Source of the DNA: a virus
Strand: one strand, 5' to 3'
Length of the DNA: 64,000 bases
IMG/VR virus record: IMGVR_UViG_3300021093_003900
Coordinates: 51,057-115,056 of that record
Below the pieces are notes generated by a model. The model ran no database searches and was not told the DNA's origin. It was given only the letters and a program-made list of their open reading frames with translations. Shown here one piece after another: positions 59,836-64,000 of the stretch; the first letter of the stretch is position 1; every line of letters starts with the position of its first letter. The position numbers and the translations under genes are program-made.

Positions 59836-59865
59836 TTGAAAAACCAAAAAAACACCTTATATTTA
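59836..59865 (+). promoter_or_regulatory. host-type promoter TTG-N19-TATATTTA
   Basis: Same spacing as the 26779 and 56424 sites. Confidence 0.45.
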
Positions 59866-59882
59866 ATTAAATCAAAGAAATT

Positions 59883-60332
59883 ATGAAAGAACAAGAATTA
59901 GTAAAGTTAGAATTTTTGATTACACTTAATAATAATATTGTAATTCAAAGATATTTTAACGTAAAAAATTACAACAAAGATGCCGAGAGGTCTATGGATG
60001 TATATGAATATCTTAGGGATTTTTCTCATGAGTTTTTACTCGATCAAAAAATGAGAACAACTGTTTATATGATGGATCTAGCTAATGAAATTATGGAGGA
60101 TCCATCCATACTAGAAACCTCTATGACCGAAGGCCCAGAAGTTTTTTACTTTAAAATTTTAAAAGATAATATGACAATTTGTCATAGATCGTTAGATGCA
60201 AAAATTTTCCCACCTAAAATAAGATACACCGTAGATATACGCCAGCAAGTAAAAAGTGTACTTCGAGACCTAACTGACATATTTTCATCTGAAGAATTAG
60301 AGACAAATTACCTTGACTATAGTCTAGTTTGA
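59883..60332 (+). CDS. hypothetical protein
   Basis: 149-aa ORF in the replication module. Confidence 0.7.
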   Translation: MKEQELVKLEFLITLNNNIVIQRYFNVKNYNKDAERSMDVYEYLRDFSHEFLLDQKMRTTVYMMDLANEIMEDPSILETSMTEGPEVFYFKILKDNMTICHRSLDAKIFPPKIRYTVDIRQQVKSVLRDLTDIFSSEELETNYLDYSLV

Positions 60333-60340
60333 TTGTATTT

Positions 60341-60373
60341 ATAAAAACATAAAAACATAAAAACATATAAAAC
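60341..60373 (+). repeat. ATAAAAAC x3 plus one degenerate copy abutting the helicase ATG
   Basis: ataaaaac-ataaaaac-ataaaaac-at-ataaaac-ATG. Confidence 0.85.
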
Positions 60374-61756
60374 ATGTCAAGGAATTTCGAATATTTAGGT
60401 GAAACATTTCAAATACAACTCATAAATCAACTGATTGTAGAAAAAGAATTTTCACATACCATCCTTGATGTTTTAGAGCCAACACACTTCGAAAACAAGT
60501 ATTTCAAAACACTTGTTCAACTCATCAAAGAATACTACATAAAGTATGAGTGTTCACCATCATTTGAAACTTTATTTCAAATAGTGAAGAGTGAATTTCC
60601 TCAAGAGTTGATGTTGAAAATCTTAAATGACACAATCACTAAGATTCAAAAAGCACCAAGTGACGGTACCGCGTTTGTTCAAGAAAAAGCTCTTAAGTTT
60701 TGTAAACAACAAGAACTCCAGAAAGCTATCACAAAATCACAAAAGATTTTGGATAGTGGAGAATTTGAAAACTACGACAAGTTAGAAGAACTAATCAAAG
60801 CAGCACTTCAAGTAGGTGAAAATAACAAAAATGTTTCTGATGTCTTCAATGATTTGGATGATCTTCTTAGAGAAGACTTTAGACACCCAATTCCGATGGG
60901 AATACCTGGATTAGATAATCTTTTGAAGGGTGGTTTATCCAAAGGTGAGTTGGGTGTTATATTGGCCCCTACCGGGGTTGGGAAGACTTCGATTCTCACA
61001 AAAATAGCAAATACCGCATTTAATTTAGGTTATAATGTGCTCCAGATATTTTTTGAAGACAATCCGAAGGTCATACAAAGAAAACATTTTACTATATGGA
61101 CAGGTATTGCACCTGATGATTTACCAAATCACAAAGAAGAAGTTTTAGCTAAAGCAGATGAAATTAAAAACAATTTCCAAAACAACTTGTATATCAAAAA
61201 ATTGGCTTCGGATACGTATACAATGACACAAATCAAAGGTATGGTTCGGAAAATGATAGCGGATGGTAACCCTGTTGATATGATTGTTTTAGATTATGTT
61301 GACTGTGTGGTTCCAGACAAAAACTTGGGGGATGAGTGGAAAAGTGAGGGATCTGTAATGCGAGGATATGAGGCTATGTGTCACGAGATTGGTGTTGTTG
61401 GTTGGACAGCCACACAAGGAAATAGAAGTAGTATTTCATCTGAAATTGTAACGACTGATCAAATGGGTGGTTCAATCAAGAAAGCTCAAGTTGGTCACGT
61501 GATCATCACAGTTGCAAAAACTCTGCAACAAAAAGAAGCAGGACTTGCAACAATAGCTGTGACAAAATCAAGAATTGGTAAAGATGGTGTTGTGTTTGAG
61601 AATTGCAAATTTGATAACGAAATGCTTATCATTGATACAGAAAATTCGGTGACTTTCTTAGGGTTTGAAGAAAACAAAGAAGAGAGAAAACGTGATAGAA
61701 TTAAAGAACTGATGGAACAAAGACAACAAAGATTGTCAGAAAAAACAAAAAACTAA
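60374..61756 (+). CDS. DnaB-like replicative helicase (T4 gp41-like)
   Basis: LD..L.GG...[28 protein letters not shown]. Confidence 0.9.
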   Translation: MSRNFEYLGETFQIQLINQLIVEKEFSHTILDVLEPTHFENKYFKTLVQLIKEYYIKYECSPSFETLFQIVKSEFPQELMLKILNDTITKIQKAPSDGTAFVQEKALKFCKQQELQKAITKSQKILDSGEFENYDKLEELIKAALQVGENNKNVSDVFNDLDDLLREDFRHPIPMGIPGLDNLLKGGLSKGELGVILAPTGVGKTSILTKIANTAFNLGYNVLQIFFEDNPKVIQRKHFTIWTGIAPDDLPNHKEEVLAKADEIKNNFQNNLYIKKLASDTYTMTQIKGMVRKMIADGNPVDMIVLDYVDCVVPDKNLGDEWKSEGSVMRGYEAMCHEIGVVGWTATQGNRSSISSEIVTTDQMGGSIKKAQVGHVIITVAKTLQQKEAGLATIAVTKSRIGKDGVVFENCKFDNEMLIIDTENSVTFLGFEENKEERKRDRIKELMEQRQQRLSEKTKN

Positions 61757-61772
61757 ACTAAATTTATTAACT

Positions 61773-62735
61773 ATGGAAAAGATTTTAACAGAAAATCCAA
61801 ATCGTTTTGTCCTATTCCCAATCCAACATGAGGATTTGTGGAAGTTGTATAAACAAGCCCAATCTTGTTTCTGGACAGCAGAAGAAATTGATCTTCAACA
61901 AGATTTATCAGATTGGGAAAGATTAAACGATGGTGAGAAATACTTCGTCAAGAATGTATTGGCATTTTTCGCGGCATCAGATGGCATTGTAAACGAGAAC
62001 CTTGCGGAGAATTTCCTTAAGGAAGTTCAATACACCGAAGCCAAATTCTTTTACGGTTTTCAAATAATGATGGAGAATATCCATTCAGAAACATATTCAC
62101 TATTGATTGATACATATATCAAAGATAAAGAAGAACAAAACACATTGTTCAATGCGATTGATACAATTCCCGCAGTAGCGAAAAAAGCGGAATGGGCATT
62201 GAAATGGATTAGTTCATCTTCGTTCACCGAACGATTGATTGCGTTTGCGGCGGTTGAAGGAATTTTCTTCTCTGGTTCATTCTGTTCAATTTTTTGGTTG
62301 AAGAGACGTGGACTTATGCCAGGGTTAAGTTTTTCGAACGAATTGATTTCTCGTGACGAAGGTTTACACACAAACTTTGCAGTCCATCTGTATCGTCATC
62401 ATATTGAAGATCAACTATCCAAAGAAAGAGTTTTGGAAATTCTTACCTCAGCACTAACAATTGAAAAAGAATTTATTACCGAATCACTTCCAGTGGATCT
62501 TATTGGTATGAATTCAAAATTGATGTGTCAATATTTGGAATACGTCACAGACAGATTACTAGTTGATTTAGGTATTGGTAAGGTTTATAATTCTGAAAAC
62601 CCATTTGATTTTATGCAAAATATCGCTTTGGAAAATAAGACAAACTTCTTTGAGAAGAGAGTTTCAGATTATTCCAAAAGAGGTGTGGGTGATGTGATTG
62701 AAAACAAAGAATTAAATTTTGAAGAAGATTTTTAA
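61773..62735 (+). CDS. nrdB: class Ia ribonucleotide reductase beta subunit
   Basis: [56 protein letters not shown]. Confidence 0.95.
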   Translation: MEKILTENPNRFVLFPIQHEDLWKLYKQAQSCFWTAEEIDLQQDLSDWERLNDGEKYFVKNVLAFFAASDGIVNENLAENFLKEVQYTEAKFFYGFQIMMENIHSETYSLLIDTYIKDKEEQNTLFNAIDTIPAVAKKAEWALKWISSSSFTERLIAFAAVEGIFFSGSFCSIFWLKRRGLMPGLSFSNELISRDEGLHTNFAVHLYRHHIEDQLSKERVLEILTSALTIEKEFITESLPVDLIGMNSKLMCQYLEYVTDRLLVDLGIGKVYNSENPFDFMQNIALENKTNFFEKRVSDYSKRGVGDVIENKELNFEEDF

Positions 62736-62746
62736 AATTGAAAAGA

Positions 62747-64000
62747 ATGGAAGTTGTAAAAAGAGACGGTACTAGAGAATATGTGAAGTTTGAAAAAATT
62801 TCATCAAGAATTAAAAAGCAAACCTATGGTTTGAACGAAGATTATGTTGACTATTTTGAAGTATCCAAAAAAGTAATTGCTGGTTTGTATGATGGGGTCA
62901 CAACCGAAGAACTAGATAGATTAGCAGCTGAAACCTCAGCCTCGCTGGTGACCAGTCACCCAGACTACTCAACACTTGCGGCACGTATTGTGATCACCTC
63001 GTTGTACAAAAGGGTTGATAAAAGATTCACCAACACAGTTGACAAATTATACCACTACATCAATCCTAAAACAGGGGATAAAGCTGGTATGATTTCAGAT
63101 CAAGTATACAAAGTAATTACTGAACACGCAAAAGAACTAGACGCTATGGTTGTTCACGATCGTGATTTTAATTTTGATTACTTCGGTTTCAAAACATTGG
63201 AGAAGAGTTACTTGTTAAAAATGTTTGGTGAGGTCGCAGAAACTCCTCAACATTTATACATGCGAGTTGCTGTTGGTATTTGGCTTGACGATTTGGAAAT
63301 GGTTCAAAAGACCTACGATATGTTATCACAAGGATTGTTTACTCACGCAACACCAACACTTTTTAATGCTGGGACAAAAAGACCACAACTAAGTTCGTGT
63401 TTTTTGTTAGATATTGACGATGACTCAATTCCTGGAATTTATAAAACACTGTCAGACTGTGCGGTAATCTCTCAAAATGCTGGGGGTATTGGAGTTAACA
63501 TCCACAAAATTAGAGCTAAAGGTTCTTATATCAAAGGTACAAACGGAAGTTCAAATGGTATTGTACCGATGTTAAAGGTCTTTAATGAAACCGCCCGTTA
63601 TGTTGACCAAGGGGGCGGTAGGAGAAAAGGATCAATTGCTATCTATCTTGAACCTTGGCACGCTGATGTATTTGACTTTTTGGATTTGAGAAAAAACCAT
63701 GGAAAAGAAGAAATGAGGGCACGTGATTTGTTTTTAGCAATGTGGACACCAAATCTGTTTATGGAAAGGGTTGAGTCCGATGGTTTATGGTCGTTGTTCT
63801 CTCCAGATGAAGTGCCAGGTTTGATTGATGCTTATGACTCACCTGAAGATAAAAAATTCACCGAACTCTATACCAAATATGAAAGAGATGGTAAGGCTAT
63901 CAAAACGATCAAAGCTCGAGAACTTTGGGAGAAGATTTTGGATTCACAAATTGAAACAGGCACTCCGTATATGTTATACAAAGATGCTGTAAACTACAAA
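62747..64000 (+). CDS. nrdA: class Ia ribonucleotide reductase alpha subunit, 5' part (not in ORF track; runs off window)
   Basis: MEVVKRDG ATP cone; ETPQHLYMRVA; FTHATPTLFNAGT..PQLSSCFL; GGIG; DQGGGRRKGSIAIYLEPWHAD. Confidence 0.95.
   Translation, partial: MEVVKRDGTREYVKFEKISSRIKKQTYGLNEDYVDYFEVSKKVIAGLYDGVTTEELDRLAAETSASLVTSHPDYSTLAARIVITSLYKRVDKRFTNTVDKLYHYINPKTGDKAGMISDQVYKVITEHAKELDAMVVHDRDFNFDYFGFKTLEKSYLLKMFGEVAETPQHLYMRVAVGIWLDDLEMVQKTYDMLSQGLFTHATPTLFNAGTKRPQLSSCFLLDIDDDSIPGIYKTLSDCAVISQNAGGIGVNIHKIRAKGSYIKGTNGSSNGIVPMLKVFNETARYVDQGGGRRKGSIAIYLEPWHADVFDFLDLRKNHGKEEMRARDLFLAMWTPNLFMERVESDGLWSLFSPDEVPGLIDAYDSPEDKKFTELYTKYERDGKAIKTIKARELWEKILDSQIETGTPYMLYKDAVNYK

Noticed and set aside
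919-62371. Many short antisense or nested ORFs in the track (e.g. 919-1275, 15975-16301, 31057-31296, 57793-58155, 59289-59660)
   Set aside because: They are shadows of well-supported genes and have no recognisable motifs.
1-64000. Eukaryotic giant virus origin suggested by PolB, eukaryote-like RNR, GT60, GME and STELLO
   Set aside because: Tail sheath, tube, neck, gp32-, UvsX- and gp41-like genes and coupled operons indicate a tailed phage.
1-64000. Alternative genetic code (stop reassignment)
   Set aside because: Coding density is high under code 11, and TAA, TAG and TGA all end genes at sensible positions.
26831-64000. Inteins or introns in polB, SNF2, helicase and nrdA/nrdB
   Set aside because: Motif spacing is continuous and no intein or homing-endonuclease signatures were seen.

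Overview
A gene-dense, AT-rich 64-kb segment of a large contractile-tailed (myovirus-type, T4-like module) bacteriophage using the standard code. The host is probably in Bacteroidota, based on TTG-N19-TAnnTT(TG) promoters, A-rich start regions without obvious Shine-Dalgarno sites and Bacteroidota-like enzymes. Layout: (i) 0.9-14.1 kb, minus strand: nucleotide-sugar, glycosyltransferase and methyltransferase cluster with dUTPase and a 3'-5' exonuclease. (ii) 14.2-18.9 kb: probable virion/internal proteins, a stand-alone WYL protein and a LamG-like protein with a Pro-Thr tail. (iii) 19-26.4 kb, plus strand: second glycosylation cluster led by a GT60-type polypeptide GlcNAc transferase. (iv) 26.4-34.1 kb: family B DNA polymerase, neck protein, a mucin-like Thr-Pro repeat protein, Mn-SOD and SNF2 helicase. 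(v) 34-56 kb: neck, sheath, tube, chaperone, tape measure and baseplate module. (vi) 56.5-64 kb: replication genes (SSB, RpiB, RecA/UvsX, 5'-3' exonuclease, DnaB-like helicase, NrdB, partial NrdA). Main observations: a candidate phage mucin-type O-glycosylation system; an 11-nt GGT-TAA-CTAAA-GGT interruption of a glycosyltransferase that has the geometry of translational bypassing; a UUU_CGU +1 frameshift candidate before the tape measure gene; and a recurrent TATTTAT late-promoter motif that is the reverse complement of the T4 late promoter core. No tRNA, rRNA or CRISPR array was recognised. All family assignments come from motif recognition by eye, not database searches.
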